From Candidatus Spongiisociaceae bacterium (GTDB taxonomy: Bacteria > Actinomycetota > Acidimicrobiia > Spongiisociales > Spongiisociaceae), in assembly GCA_965202665.1 (NCBI GenBank), contig OZ241841.1, positions 453,743 through 517,742 on the forward strand: a DNA stretch of 64,000 nucleotides. Direction: 5' to 3'. The notes beneath the pieces were generated by a model. The model did not search any database and was not told the DNA's origin. It worked only from the letters and a program-made list of their open reading frames with translations. Shown in pieces: positions 1 through 8,751 of this stretch. The position numbers and the translations under genes were made by a program. How positions within the stretch are numbered: position 1 is the stretch's first letter; each line of letters begins with the position of its first letter.

Positions 1-572
1 TCGGGGGGAATCTCCGCCACCCCCCGCCGCACCGTATCCCCAGTTGCGAAAGCCACCGGCCCGGCGAAGGAGAAAGTGACCCCCAAGTCGGCGAACCGGC
101 GGGACCATTTCGGACCGCCCGTCCAGCAGTGCAACACCACCCACGGCCCCGCCCCTTCCCGTTCCAAAATGTCGTGCGTTTCCCGAAAAGCGTCCCGGCA
201 ATGGGTCACCAAAGGTTTACCGATCTGGATGGCGGCACGCAGGTGAGCGGTGAAACTTTCCACCTGCGCCGGGCGGGGGGACAGGTTGCGGTAGAAGTCG
301 AGGCCCGTCTCCCCCACTGCGTCGGCTTCGTCCATCATCGCCCGCAGGCCGTCCCATTCCTCCGGGAAACGGGACGCTTCGTGCGGGTGCAGTCCGGCCG
401 CAAACCGCACCCGCCCCGGAAAGTCCCGGGACAGGCGGCGGGCCGCCCGGCTGGAGGCCAAGTCGACTCCGGGAACCACCACCCATTTGACATGTCCGGC
501 TTCTTCCAAAAGGCGGGCCGGGTCGCGCCCGTCCAGCTGCAAATGGCAATGCGTGTCCACCCATTTTTCCAT
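1..572 (-). CDS. tatD: TatD family metal-dependent hydrolase/DNase (C-terminally truncated by window edge)
   Basis: Reverse complement of 541-572 reads ATGGAAAAATGGGTGGACACGCATTGCCAT = MEKWVDTHCHLQLDG, the TatD signature, continuing ...GLHPHEA...GETGLDFYR. This frame is not in the ORF track because it runs off the window. The listed + ORF 129..587 is its antisense. Confidence 0.75.
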   Translation of the reverse strand, partial: MEKWVDTHCHLQLDGRDPARLLEEAGHVKWVVVPGVDLASSRAARRLSRDFPGRVRFAAGLHPHEASRFPEEWDGLRAMMDEADAVGETGLDFYRNLSPRPAQVESFTAHLRAAIQIGKPLVTHCRDAFRETHDILEREGAGPWVVLHCWTGGPKWSRRFADLGVTFSFAGPVAFATGDTVRRGVAEIPP

Positions 573-716
573 CCCCGACAAGGGTAGTGAATAACTTTTC
601 AACCTGATTACCCTATCACCGGAACCCAACTTGCCGTCGGCAAAGGGCCTTGCGCGCCCCGCCCGGCGGAAAGGTTGGTAGCACGGATAAAGAAACAGGG
701 AAGGAGCGGAGGACCA

Positions 717-1001
717 ATGTCAATGGGCATGTCCCGCAAGCTGGATGACTTGGGCCGCTTGGTTATACCCATCGAAACCCGGCGTATGCTCAGTATCCGC
801 CGGGGGGACAAACTGGGCATCGAGGTGAACGGCAACACCATTGTCCTCACCAAGATGACCCATTCGGTCACGGTAGGCCCCTTTGAGTTGGACGTGGACC
901 GTCAGGCCCTGTCCAACTGGGTCGACCAGATGGTGGATGAGGTCGGCAGCGACGATCCGGAAGCAATCGCGGAGGAGATTCGCCGCCGACTAGGACTTTA
1001 G
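717..1001 (+). CDS. AbrB/MazE/SpoVT-family DNA-binding transcriptional regulator
   Basis: ORF 675..1001. MSRKLDDLGRLVIPIETRRMLSIRRGDKLGIEVNGNTIVLTK matches the AbrB swapped-hairpin N-domain. The likely start is the ATG at 717, 4 nt after GGAGGA; ATGs at 675, 723 and 729 are alternatives. Confidence 0.7.
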   Translation: MSMGMSRKLDDLGRLVIPIETRRMLSIRRGDKLGIEVNGNTIVLTKMTHSVTVGPFELDVDRQALSNWVDQMVDEVGSDDPEAIAEEIRRRLGL

Positions 1002-1017
1002 GGCCATCCGAGCAGTA

Positions 1018-1055
1018 TTGGCCGCGCCCCGCCCCGGGGCGCGGCCAATCTTTCA
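1018..1055. terminator. Bidirectional rho-independent terminator between convergent genes
   Basis: Perfect GC-rich inverted repeat TTGGCCGCGCCCCG-cccc-GGGGCGCGGCCAA followed by TCTTTC. It lies between the stop of the + gene (1001) and the stop of the - gene (1062). Confidence 0.6.
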
Positions 1056-1061
1056 GTGAAA

Positions 1062-2387
1062 CTAGGGGGCGGGCCCGGCGCGGGCGGGCGGTTTTACGGT
1101 TCTGGTCGAGGGCGGAGGGGCGTTGGGCGGTTTGCTCCGGGGCCGGGTTTGCCATCTTTTTCCATTTTTTTCCAATTCCAGGTTGTGTTCCTGCAACTGC
1201 CGGTGATGGGGCCCGCACAGCAAAGCCAAGTTGTCGATGTCGGTGGGACCCCCGTCGCGCCAGTCCAGCAGGTGATGCAAATCCGTCTGGTGGGAAGAAA
1301 TGTCGCATCGGACGCATCCCCGATCCCGCACCGCGGCGGCCAGCCGTTGCGCGTCGTTGCCCAAGCGACGGCTGCGTCCCAGCCACAGCACCCGCCCGTC
1401 GCCGCCGAAGATAATCCCGCACACGTTGTCGTCCGGGGAGAGGTCCGCCAACAGGGAAGGCGGAACCGGCCCGCTGCCCAAAATCTCGCATGACCCGTCG
1501 GGGCGGGTCCCGTCCAACAACCCCAGGTCGGCCACTACCACCAACTGCGTAACCGCTTTACCCGACTTATTGTCGGGAAGGGGACGCATGGTGTCGGCGT
1601 CCCGGCCGGTCAACAGTTCCACCAAAGCGTCCGCCCGCCGTTGCGGGTTGGTGCGGATGTCATCGGGATGAGCCTCCCCGCCGGAGTCGGCCCGCCGCAG
1701 ATTCTCGGCGTGCAAGTCCAAGGCCTGCCGCACCTGCCCGAACCGGATGGGATCCAACTCGGCGTGCAAGATTCCCATCCCGGTTCCCGGTTCGGTGAAC
1801 ATTTTCACTTTCCGCAGGCGCCGTTGCCGTTCCAGCAGTTTCTCCCCCCGGTCGGCGGAGTGGGCGTTGGCCCACTGCTTGGCCTCCTTGCGGAAATGGT
1901 CCGGGTTGGTTCGGGCGGCGTTCTCCAACAAGTCCCGGTTCTGATCGACCTGCGCCGCCCCGCACTCCCCCGCCGCCGCGGTCAGCGCCGTGGCGTTCTC
2001 CAAAGTGATCTCCCCCGCCTGCAACTTGGCCCGCGTGTTGGGCATCTCCTCCAACTTCTGCGCTACCCGTGAGAGGTGCTTGGCCCCATGGTTGGTCATG
2101 CCCAACTGGTCCCGCAACACATGGTCCGCCCCGGCCCCTCCGTCGGCGCGGCTCAGTTGTCCGGCCAAGTCGCATTTCAAAGAGGACACCTGGGCTTCCA
2201 TCCGTTTCACCGTCTCCGCCAGCTCGCCCAACGCCGCCCGGGACAGGCCCGCCCCCACCTGCCCGCGCAACTCAGCCACGGCGTCGGCGGTGGCGGCCTC
2301 GGCCCGCTGGCAGACCCGCCGCAACTTGTCGGTAATAGGGTTGTGCTGTTTCATAGTGTTCACCATAGTAAATAGAGGGTGTGACAT
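1062..2387 (-). CDS. DUF222 (13E12-repeat) domain protein with C-terminal HNH endonuclease motif
   Basis: 441-aa ORF. The C-terminal ...DIDNLALLCGPHHRQLQEHNLE is the HNH signature, and the N-terminal architecture is typical of actinobacterial DUF222-HNH proteins. Alternative starts are M at 2354 or 2387. Confidence 0.7.
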   Translation of the reverse strand: MSHPLFTMVNTMKQHNPITDKLRRVCQRAEAATADAVAELRGQVGAGLSRAALGELAETVKRMEAQVSSLKCDLAGQLSRADGGAGADHVLRDQLGMTNHGAKHLSRVAQKLEEMPNTRAKLQAGEITLENATALTAAAGECGAAQVDQNRDLLENAARTNPDHFRKEAKQWANAHSADRGEKLLERQRRLRKVKMFTEPGTGMGILHAELDPIRFGQVRQALDLHAENLRRADSGGEAHPDDIRTNPQRRADALVELLTGRDADTMRPLPDNKSGKAVTQLVVVADLGLLDGTRPDGSCEILGSGPVPPSLLADLSPDDNVCGIIFGGDGRVLWLGRSRRLGNDAQRLAAAVRDRGCVRCDISSHQTDLHHLLDWRDGGPTDIDNLALLCGPHHRQLQEHNLELEKNGKRWQTRPRSKPPNAPPPSTRTVKPPARAGPAP

Positions 2388-2436
2388 TTTTGGATTGTAT
2401 AGGGTATAACCGATTAGAGAACTATATTATTCCCAT

Positions 2437-2465
2437 ATTCTACATTATTTAAAAATATCTGTCAA
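2437..2465 (-). promoter_or_regulatory. Sigma70-like promoter (TTGACA-17 bp-TAGAAT) in an AT-rich island, reading toward the HNH gene
   Basis: The reverse complement of 2437-2465 reads TTGACAgatatttttaaataatgTAGAAT. The 2390-2470 stretch is strikingly AT-rich compared with the ~70% GC flanks. Confidence 0.45.
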
Positions 2466-2599
2466 ATCGGAAGATGCCAGTAGTAGGAAAGGGCACAGGA
2501 AAAATCAAGGAACGGCGAGCGGGGGTGGAGGCGCCGATCCCGACCGCCAGTTTCCCGCCATGGGGCTGGCAACGGCTCGCGTTGGGCGGCGGGCTCTAA

Positions 2600-3060
2600 G
2601 AAAACTTTTCGCGTTCTCGAAAAATTTAAAAATTCGGGGTACCCACCCACCCCCCGCCCACCCGCCCATAACATACGGCGATTTTTTGGAAAATTCAAGG
2701 GGGGCGATAGAGATATTTTTCGCGTTCTGGAATACCGCCGATGGCCACCGGCTTCCAGGTCAAGTTCCGCATGGGGCCACAGTGATATTTTTCGCGTTCT
2801 GGAATACCGGGGCCGCGAAGGCAACCGCCTGGGGTGTGCTTTCCGCACCCACCCCAAACATCACGCCACTAGCCGAACCGGAACCGCGAAAGCAACCGCC
2901 AGAAGCATGCTCACCGCACCCACCCTAAACGTTGCGCCGCTGGCTGAACCGGAACCGCGAAGGCAACCGCCAGAAGCATGCTTGCCGTTTAGCCACCACT
3001 TCCTTTCCTCCGTCCGATGAGGCGCAACGCGAAGGCAATCGCCTGGGGCGTACTGCTGTT
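2600..3060. repeat. Degenerate ~70-bp tandem direct repeats, noncoding
   Basis: TTTTCGCGTTCT(G/C)G occurs at 2606, 2718 and 2790. GAACCGGAACCGCGAA(A/G)GCAACCGCCAGAAGCATGCT occurs at 2874 and 2944. GCGAAGGCAA(C/T)CGCCTGGGG occurs at 2815 and 3030. GCACCCACCC(C/T)AAAC occurs at 2845 and 2915. The period is ~69-73 bp. Confidence 0.6.
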
Positions 3061-3084
3061 TCAGCCGTACACCGGGTCAGTGGC

Positions 3085-3150
3085 CGAATGCCTGCTGGGC
3101 GGGGGCGGCGGCCTCGTGGGGGTGTTGCAGGATGTTGTTCCAGATCCATA
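3085..3150 (-). pseudogene. Relic 3'-end fragment of a fourth DUF1156-family methyltransferase copy
   Basis: The reverse complement reads ...IWNNILQHPHEAAAPAQQAFGH*. Compare the paralog C-termini ...[20 protein letters not shown]. The DNA motif GGCGGCCTCGTGGG(G/C)GTGTTGCA..GTTGTTCCAG is shared with the 3' ends at 3177-3226 and 5999-6050. Confidence 0.55.
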
Positions 3151-3157
3151 GGAAGGG

Positions 3158-5536
3158 TCAGGATTGAAAGATTTGCTGGGATGGGGCGACGGCCTCGTGG
3201 GCGTGTTGCAAAAGGTTGTTCCAGGAAACAATCAGCGAATTATAAGCCACCGCATCCTCAGTGCGACCGGCTCCGTTGGCCACCTCATACAGCAAGTAGG
3301 CCAGATGACGGGCGTAGTCGCCCAAACCCGGTCCCGCCCGAGCCAGCAACACCCCGGCCTGGGCATCCGACCTGCCCTGGCGGGCCACCAAATGCTGAGT
3401 GAGCTCCCACACCGTCAACCGCCGATCCTCCGCCGGATCCCACTCCGGATCCAACTCATCCCTGGTCAACAACCGCACTCGGCCCCCTTTGGATTCCGCC
3501 ACCTCCGCCTCCACCACCCCCGACACTGACGTGTTCATCGCCTTCGCCAACGTCTCCGCATCCCCAAACGGACCCGGCTGATGACCGAACTGCCGATACC
3601 AGGTAAGGGCGAACCTGCTGTCGGCATCCAAATCGGTCTCCTCCTGGGACAGGATTTCCTCCAGCACCCCGTTAATCAGAGCCAGGGCGGTGCGTACCCG
3701 CATCGTGGAACCGTCTGCTTCCACCACCCGCTTATACCGGGAGAACACCCGCATACCCGGCCCGATAGCCGACTGCGCCATATCCACCGGCGGGATAGCC
3801 TGCTCCTGCAACAAACCCACCGCCTCCGGCAACTCCTCCCGCAACGCCGCCAAAAACCCACCCCGCGTCTCCAACCGAGCATCCACCCCCCGAGGCCGAC
3901 AAGCCAACACCACCGACGACGACAACGCCGCGGCACCCTCGGCCACCGCCCGATTCGCCATCTCAGTTCGAACCGGCCAAGTCGCAGTAACCTCTAACCC
4001 AGCATCCACCAAGCCCTGCAAAAACGTCTCCCAACCGGTAGATGTTGTTGTCCCCTCTTTTATTTCCTGCTGTTTGAAACCATAAAAAAGGGTTGACGGA
4101 AAGTCGGAATGTTGATTTTGGGCTATCTGTTCCATTACTGCCAACATCCCCGACTCAAAATGTTTCCTCGCGTCATCTTGGGAACCTGCTCTCCAAGTAT
4201 TAGAAACCAACTCATCTTTTTTTGGCGTCTGCAAGGTAGCACACTCATCCGGCCACACATCCGACAGATTATGACGAAGCCACACATAGAAAAAATCAGA
4301 TATATCCGCATACTGAATATTGTCATAGTAGGGAGGATCAGTGCAAACAAGCGGTCTCTCCACTTCAACCAACCGAGCTGCCGCATCCCGTTGTAAAATC
4401 TCCCCAATATCGGAAGCTGGAAAATGAGCAACAGCCTTCGCTACCCAGTTCACCTGCCCCAGCCAGTTACCAGTTGATCCAGAAAATGGATTAACCTCAG
4501 CATAATCCCAAATCATCGCTATTGCCTGCCTTCCGAATGTACAACGGATTTTTTCGGATCTGTTTTGCCAACTGCACACTGAGGACCAGTAATCGGCGCA
4601 CCTATCAACTGCGAAAGCCAAATAGGTAACCAACGCATCAGCATACGCAACTACGCCCAACCCACCATCACGAACCCTTGTTCCATCATCAATCCACCCA
4701 ACATTACGAATATCCTGCTCAACCTTCTCTCTCAATTCGGATAACAAATCGGAAAAGGTCGTCAAAGCAACCAACTGACGAGAAGTAAACAAATCACCCC
4801 ACTCGGTCATACCATACGCAGGAACACTGTCAGTAGCTTTTCCTTGTAACTTACCAGATGGCCTCCATCGTGGCTCCGGAACATCCGGTTTTTCAGGTGG
4901 CGATACGTACTCGCGACCTCTGCTCCCTTCAACTACAGCACCTATACATTCTTCCCTCATCAATCCACGCTGACCCTGCTCCCTTACATATCCGAGCGCA
5001 ATCGGCGCTCCGGTCGCCACGCAGATGCCTCCTCCCCTGGCGATGGTGCCTCCCTTTGGAGTTCCGCCTTCCCTCACCTGGTAGGTCACTGTTTGGGTGT
5101 CCCGGTTCACAATCGGTTCTACCCACACCACCGGCTTGCCCGGCTTGTTGCGCAGCACCCCAGATTTGAGCAGGGGCACATGGCCTTTCCAGGACGGGTC
5201 GGGGGACTGGACGGTCCTGGCCCACAACCAGGCAATCACCGTTTTGCCATCCACCTTTGGGTATAGATGGCCTATTTGTTCCCACGCCCGCTCCCGCATC
5301 CACTCTCCGTAGTATCTGATGTCCTCGGCTAAACCCTGCGCACCCTTCCAAGTCTTCAACCCCGACTCCCCACGGCTGACGGGATTGACCGGGGGCCGTC
5401 CCGCGAAGCGAGGCGGAATCTCCACCATCGCCTTTGTTATCAAGACGGGGACGGGGTTTAGATCGCCCCCGTAAGCGGACAGGCCCAACCGTTGGGCCTC
5501 TAGTGGAATCGTCCCGCCGCCGCAGAACGGGTCCAA
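3158..5536 (-). CDS. DNA methyltransferase, DUF1156-family paralog 1, catalytic body (motif I DPFCGGGT, motif IV DPPY). It is separated from its N-terminal domain by a frameshift inside a (GT)12 tract.
   Basis: 792-aa ORF starting [15 protein letters not shown], then ...[22 protein letters not shown]. The frame stays open upstream through the dinucleotide repeat as (HT)n. It is 90-99% identical to copies 2 and 3 at both ends and divergent in the middle. Confidence 0.8.
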   Translation of the reverse strand: MDPFCGGGTIPLEAQRLGLSAYGGDLNPVPVLITKAMVEIPPRFAGRPPVNPVSRGESGLKTWKGAQGLAEDIRYYGEWMRERAWEQIGHLYPKVDGKTVIAWLWARTVQSPDPSWKGHVPLLKSGVLRNKPGKPVVWVEPIVNRDTQTVTYQVREGGTPKGGTIARGGGICVATGAPIALGYVREQGQRGLMREECIGAVVEGSRGREYVSPPEKPDVPEPRWRPSGKLQGKATDSVPAYGMTEWGDLFTSRQLVALTTFSDLLSELREKVEQDIRNVGWIDDGTRVRDGGLGVVAYADALVTYLAFAVDRCADYWSSVCSWQNRSEKIRCTFGRQAIAMIWDYAEVNPFSGSTGNWLGQVNWVAKAVAHFPASDIGEILQRDAAARLVEVERPLVCTDPPYYDNIQYADISDFFYVWLRHNLSDVWPDECATLQTPKKDELVSNTWRAGSQDDARKHFESGMLAVMEQIAQNQHSDFPSTLFYGFKQQEIKEGTTTSTGWETFLQGLVDAGLEVTATWPVRTEMANRAVAEGAAALSSSVVLACRPRGVDARLETRGGFLAALREELPEAVGLLQEQAIPPVDMAQSAIGPGMRVFSRYKRVVEADGSTMRVRTALALINGVLEEILSQEETDLDADSRFALTWYRQFGHQPGPFGDAETLAKAMNTSVSGVVEAEVAESKGGRVRLLTRDELDPEWDPAEDRRLTVWELTQHLVARQGRSDAQAGVLLARAGPGLGDYARHLAYLLYEVANGAGRTEDAVAYNSLIVSWNNLLQHAHEAVAPSQQIFQS

Positions 5537-5567
5537 GACTTTGATGTTTTGGAGGGCTTTTAGATGG

Positions 5568-5921
5568 TTAGTGTGTGTGTGTGTGTGTGTGTGTTACTAC
5601 ACTATTTATGATTTCTTGACGAGCCTCATCCAAAACATCCTGATCGTTGCTACTCTCCCAACGCACCAACCGTTCCAGAACGCCGAACAGACGCTTGCGC
5701 TCAATCTTCTGGTCTTCCACCGTTGGGAAAACATCCGGACGGGAAGACGGATCATCCACCAGCGACGCCCACAACACCGCCCGCGCCGCCGCCAACGGAC
5801 GACGGGCCCACCACAAATGCAAAGTCGAAGGATGGCCGTGACGAATAGACTTCTCGCGGGCCGACTCCCGGCTTATCACCTCCAACGGCAACGCCACCTC
5901 AATAAGTTTCCTTTTTTTCAA
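5568..5921 (-). CDS. N-terminal DUF1156 domain fragment of methyltransferase paralog 1 (terminates right after the (GT)12 tract)
   Basis: ORF 5568..5948. [58 protein letters not shown], then ...[12 protein letters not shown]. The probable start is the TTG at 5921, 4 nt after GGAGG. The product is encoded as (TH)n from the repeat, then TAA. Confidence 0.7.
   Translation of the reverse strand: MKKRKLIEVALPLEVISRESAREKSIRHGHPSTLHLWWARRPLAAARAVLWASLVDDPSSRPDVFPTVEDQKIERKRLFGVLERLVRWESSNDQDVLDEARQEIINSVVTHTHTHTH
5569..5592. repeat. (GT)12 dinucleotide simple-sequence repeat inside methyltransferase paralog 1 (inter-domain linker)
   Basis: gtgtgtgtgtgtgtgtgtgtgtgt at 5569-5592. A repeat length congruent to 1 mod 3 (for example 11 or 14 units) would fuse 5568..5921 with 3158..5536 into one ~920-aa ORF. 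Confidence 0.9.
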
Positions 5922-5985
5922 GCAACCTCCCAGAGCAAAGCCGTGCAAAAGCCTACCTGCACCACATCCGGGGGGTGGGGCAGGA

Positions 5986-8688
5986 TTAGAGGGTTTGCTG
6001 GAAGGGGGTGGCGGCCTCGTGGGCGTGTTGCAGGATGTTGTTCCAAGACAGGACCAGCGAATTGTAGGCTACCGCGTCCTCGGTGCGGCCGGTGCTGTTG
6101 GCCGCCTCGTATAACAGGTAGGACAAATGACGGGCTTGGTCGCCCAAACCGGGTCCCGCCTTCGCCAGCAACCACCCGGCTTGGGCGTCCGACCTGGCCT
6201 GGCGGGCCGCCATATGCTGAGTGAGCTCCCACACCGTCAACCGCCGATCCTTCGGCGGATTCCACTCCGGGTCCAACTCGTCCCTGGTCAGCAACCGCAC
6301 CTTGCTCCCCTTGGACTCCGCCACACCGGCATCCACTACCCCGGACACCGACGTGTTCATCGCCTTCGCCAACGTCTCCGCATCCCCGAACGGACCCGGC
6401 TGATGGCCAAACTTCTTATACCAAGTCAGGGCGAACCGGCTGTCGGCATCCAAATCGGCCTCCGCCGTTGACAGGACTTCTTCCAGCACCCCGTTAATCA
6501 GAGCCAAAGCGGTGCGCACCGGCATTGTGGAGCCGTCCGCTTCCACCACCCGGCGATACCGGGAGAACACCCGCATGCCCGGGCCGATAGCCGACTGCGC
6601 CATATCCACCGGCGGGATGGCCTGCTCCTGCAACAACCACACCGCCTCCGGTAACTCTTCCCGCAACGCCGACAAAAACCCGCCCCGCGTCTCCAACCGC
6701 GCATCCACCGACCGAGGCCGACACACCAACACCACCGACGACGACAACGCCGCGGCGCCCCTGGCCGCCGCCCGATTCGCCCTCTCGGTTCGAATCGGCC
6801 ATGTGGCGGTTACTTCTAAGCCGGCATCCACCAAACCCTGCAACATCTCCCAGCCGCCTGATTTCACGTCCTGCTGTTTGAAAGCGCAAAAGATCGTCGC
6901 TGGAAAGTCAGCGTGTTGATTATGGGCTATCTGTTTCATTACCGCGGACATTCCCGACTCAAAATATTCTCTTGCTTTATCTTGCGAACCCGCTCGTTGA
7001 ACATTAGCTACCAGTTCTTCTTTCTTTGGCGTCTGCAAAGTGGCGCACTCTTCCGGCCACACATCCGACAGGTTACGACGAAGCCATACATAGAAAAAAT
7101 CGGAAATATCCGCATATTGAATGTTATCATAATGGGGCGGGTCTGTACAAATAACCGGTCTCTCCACTTCAACCAATCGGGCTACCGCATCTCCTTGCAA
7201 AACCTCCCCGGTATCAGAACCCGGCAAATTGGCAACGGCCTTTGCTATCCACTCCACCTGCCCCATCCAGTTACCGGTTGACCCAGAAAACGGATTACCC
7301 TCAACATAATCCCAAATCATCGCTATTGCTTGCCTTCCAAATGTACCGCGAATGATTTCCCTACTGCTATTCCAACTGCACATTGAAGACCAATAATCGG
7401 CGCACCTGTCAACTGCGAAAGCCAAATAGGTTACCAAAGCATCAGCATAGGCGACCACACCCGACCCGTCATCCCGAAGCCTGATTGCATCATCAACTCC
7501 ACTCACGCTGCGGGCGTCTCGCTCAACCATCTCCCTCATCTCGGATAGCAAATCAGAAAAGGTCGTCAGGGCAACCATCTGACGAACGGTAAACAAATCC
7601 GCCCACTCATTTATCCCATACAAGGAAACATTGCTACCTGCTTTTCCTTGTAACTTACCGGATGGCATCCATCGCGGCTCCGGAACATCCGGCATTATGG
7701 GCGGAACGACATATTCACAACCGCCACTACCTTCAACCACTGCGCATACGCACGCTTCCCCCATCAACCCCCGCTGACCTTGCTCTCTTACATAATGGAG
7801 CGTAATGGGGGCTCCGGTCGCAACGCAGACGCCCCCGCCCCTGGCGATGGTGCCTCCTTTAGGCGTTCCGCCTTCCCTCACCTGAAAGGCCACCGTTTGG
7901 GCATCCCGATTTGCTATTGGCTCCACCCACGCCGCCGGTTTGCCCGGCTTGTTGCGCAACACCCCGGATTTGAGCAGGGACACATGGCCTTTCCAGGCCG
8001 GGTCGGGGGACTGGACGGTTCTGGCCCACAACCAGGCGATCACCGTTTTGCCATCCACCTTCGGATACAGACGGCCGATACGCTCCCAGGCTCGCTCCCG
8101 CATCCACTCCCCGTAAAAACGGATGTCCGCGGCCAACCCCTGCGTCCCCTCCCAAACCTTCGAACCCGACTCGGCAAGGCGGGAAGGATTGACCGGCGGC
8201 CGTCCCGCAAAGCGGAACGGGATCTCCACCATCGCCTTCGTTATCAAAACCGGAACCGGATTCAAATCGCCCCCGTACGCGGACAGGCCCAAACGTTGGG
8301 CCTCCAACGGAATCGTCCCGCCCCCGCAGAAGGGGTCCAACACGTTGGGCAAATCATCCCCGCACGACGCCCCAATCTCGGCCTTGGCTTCAGCCAACAC
8401 CTCCTGATTGTTGCTGTTTTCCCACACCACCAAGCGTTCCAAAATGTCAAACAGGCGCTTGCGCTCCCTCTTCTGGTCTTCAACCTTAGGGAACCTGCCG
8501 GGATGGGCGGACGGGTCGTCCACCAGCGACGCCCACAACACCGCCCGCGCCGCCGCCAACGGACGGCGGGCCCACCACAAATGCAAAGTGGAAGGATGGC
8601 CGTGCCGGATGGATTTCTCCCGGGCCGACTCCCGACTGATCGCCTCCAACGGCAACGCCACCTCAATCAGTTTTCTTTTCAGATTCAA
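5986..8688 (-). CDS. DNA methyltransferase, DUF1156-family paralog 2 (intact, no SSR in linker)
   Basis: 900 aa, starting (M)[42 protein letters not shown], then ...[15 protein letters not shown]...[22 protein letters not shown]. The start is the TTG at 8688, preceded by GGGAGGTGG. The linker is [17 protein letters not shown] with no repeat. Confidence 0.85.
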   Translation of the reverse strand: MNLKRKLIEVALPLEAISRESAREKSIRHGHPSTLHLWWARRPLAAARAVLWASLVDDPSAHPGRFPKVEDQKRERKRLFDILERLVVWENSNNQEVLAEAKAEIGASCGDDLPNVLDPFCGGGTIPLEAQRLGLSAYGGDLNPVPVLITKAMVEIPFRFAGRPPVNPSRLAESGSKVWEGTQGLAADIRFYGEWMRERAWERIGRLYPKVDGKTVIAWLWARTVQSPDPAWKGHVSLLKSGVLRNKPGKPAAWVEPIANRDAQTVAFQVREGGTPKGGTIARGGGVCVATGAPITLHYVREQGQRGLMGEACVCAVVEGSGGCEYVVPPIMPDVPEPRWMPSGKLQGKAGSNVSLYGINEWADLFTVRQMVALTTFSDLLSEMREMVERDARSVSGVDDAIRLRDDGSGVVAYADALVTYLAFAVDRCADYWSSMCSWNSSREIIRGTFGRQAIAMIWDYVEGNPFSGSTGNWMGQVEWIAKAVANLPGSDTGEVLQGDAVARLVEVERPVICTDPPHYDNIQYADISDFFYVWLRRNLSDVWPEECATLQTPKKEELVANVQRAGSQDKAREYFESGMSAVMKQIAHNQHADFPATIFCAFKQQDVKSGGWEMLQGLVDAGLEVTATWPIRTERANRAAARGAAALSSSVVLVCRPRSVDARLETRGGFLSALREELPEAVWLLQEQAIPPVDMAQSAIGPGMRVFSRYRRVVEADGSTMPVRTALALINGVLEEVLSTAEADLDADSRFALTWYKKFGHQPGPFGDAETLAKAMNTSVSGVVDAGVAESKGSKVRLLTRDELDPEWNPPKDRRLTVWELTQHMAARQARSDAQAGWLLAKAGPGLGDQARHLSYLLYEAANSTGRTEDAVAYNSLVLSWNNILQHAHEAATPFQQTL

Positions 8689-8751
8689 ACCACCTCCCAG
8701 AGCAAACCGCCAAAAGCCTACCCCGCATCACATTCCAAGGGAAGGTCGGGA

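Noticed and set aside
129-587. 152-aa + strand ORF (and 217..564 - ORF) at the window start
   Set aside because: It is the antisense or an alternative frame of the TatD gene. The minus-strand frame ending in MEKWVDTHCHLQLDG is the real gene. Pro/Arg-rich shadow ORFs like this are typical of high-GC DNA.
2600-3060. Possible CRISPR array suggested by ~70-bp periodic repeats
   Set aside because: The repeat units are degenerate and of several types with no uniform repeat/spacer structure. There are no cas genes, and the unit length does not fit. I interpret them as tandem duplications or recombination scars.
3581-4085. ORFs 3581..3997 +, 3690..4085 + and their counterparts in copies 2 and 3 (6512..6919, 9278..9673)
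   Set aside because: They are the antisense of the conserved C-terminal region of the methyltransferase paralogs, repeated because the underlying DNA is repeated.
5541-6224. 227-aa + ORF beginning [20 protein letters not shown]
   Set aside because: It is an antisense frame crossing the (GT)12 tract and the paralog 1 and 2 junction. The CVCV run is just the repeat read in another frame.
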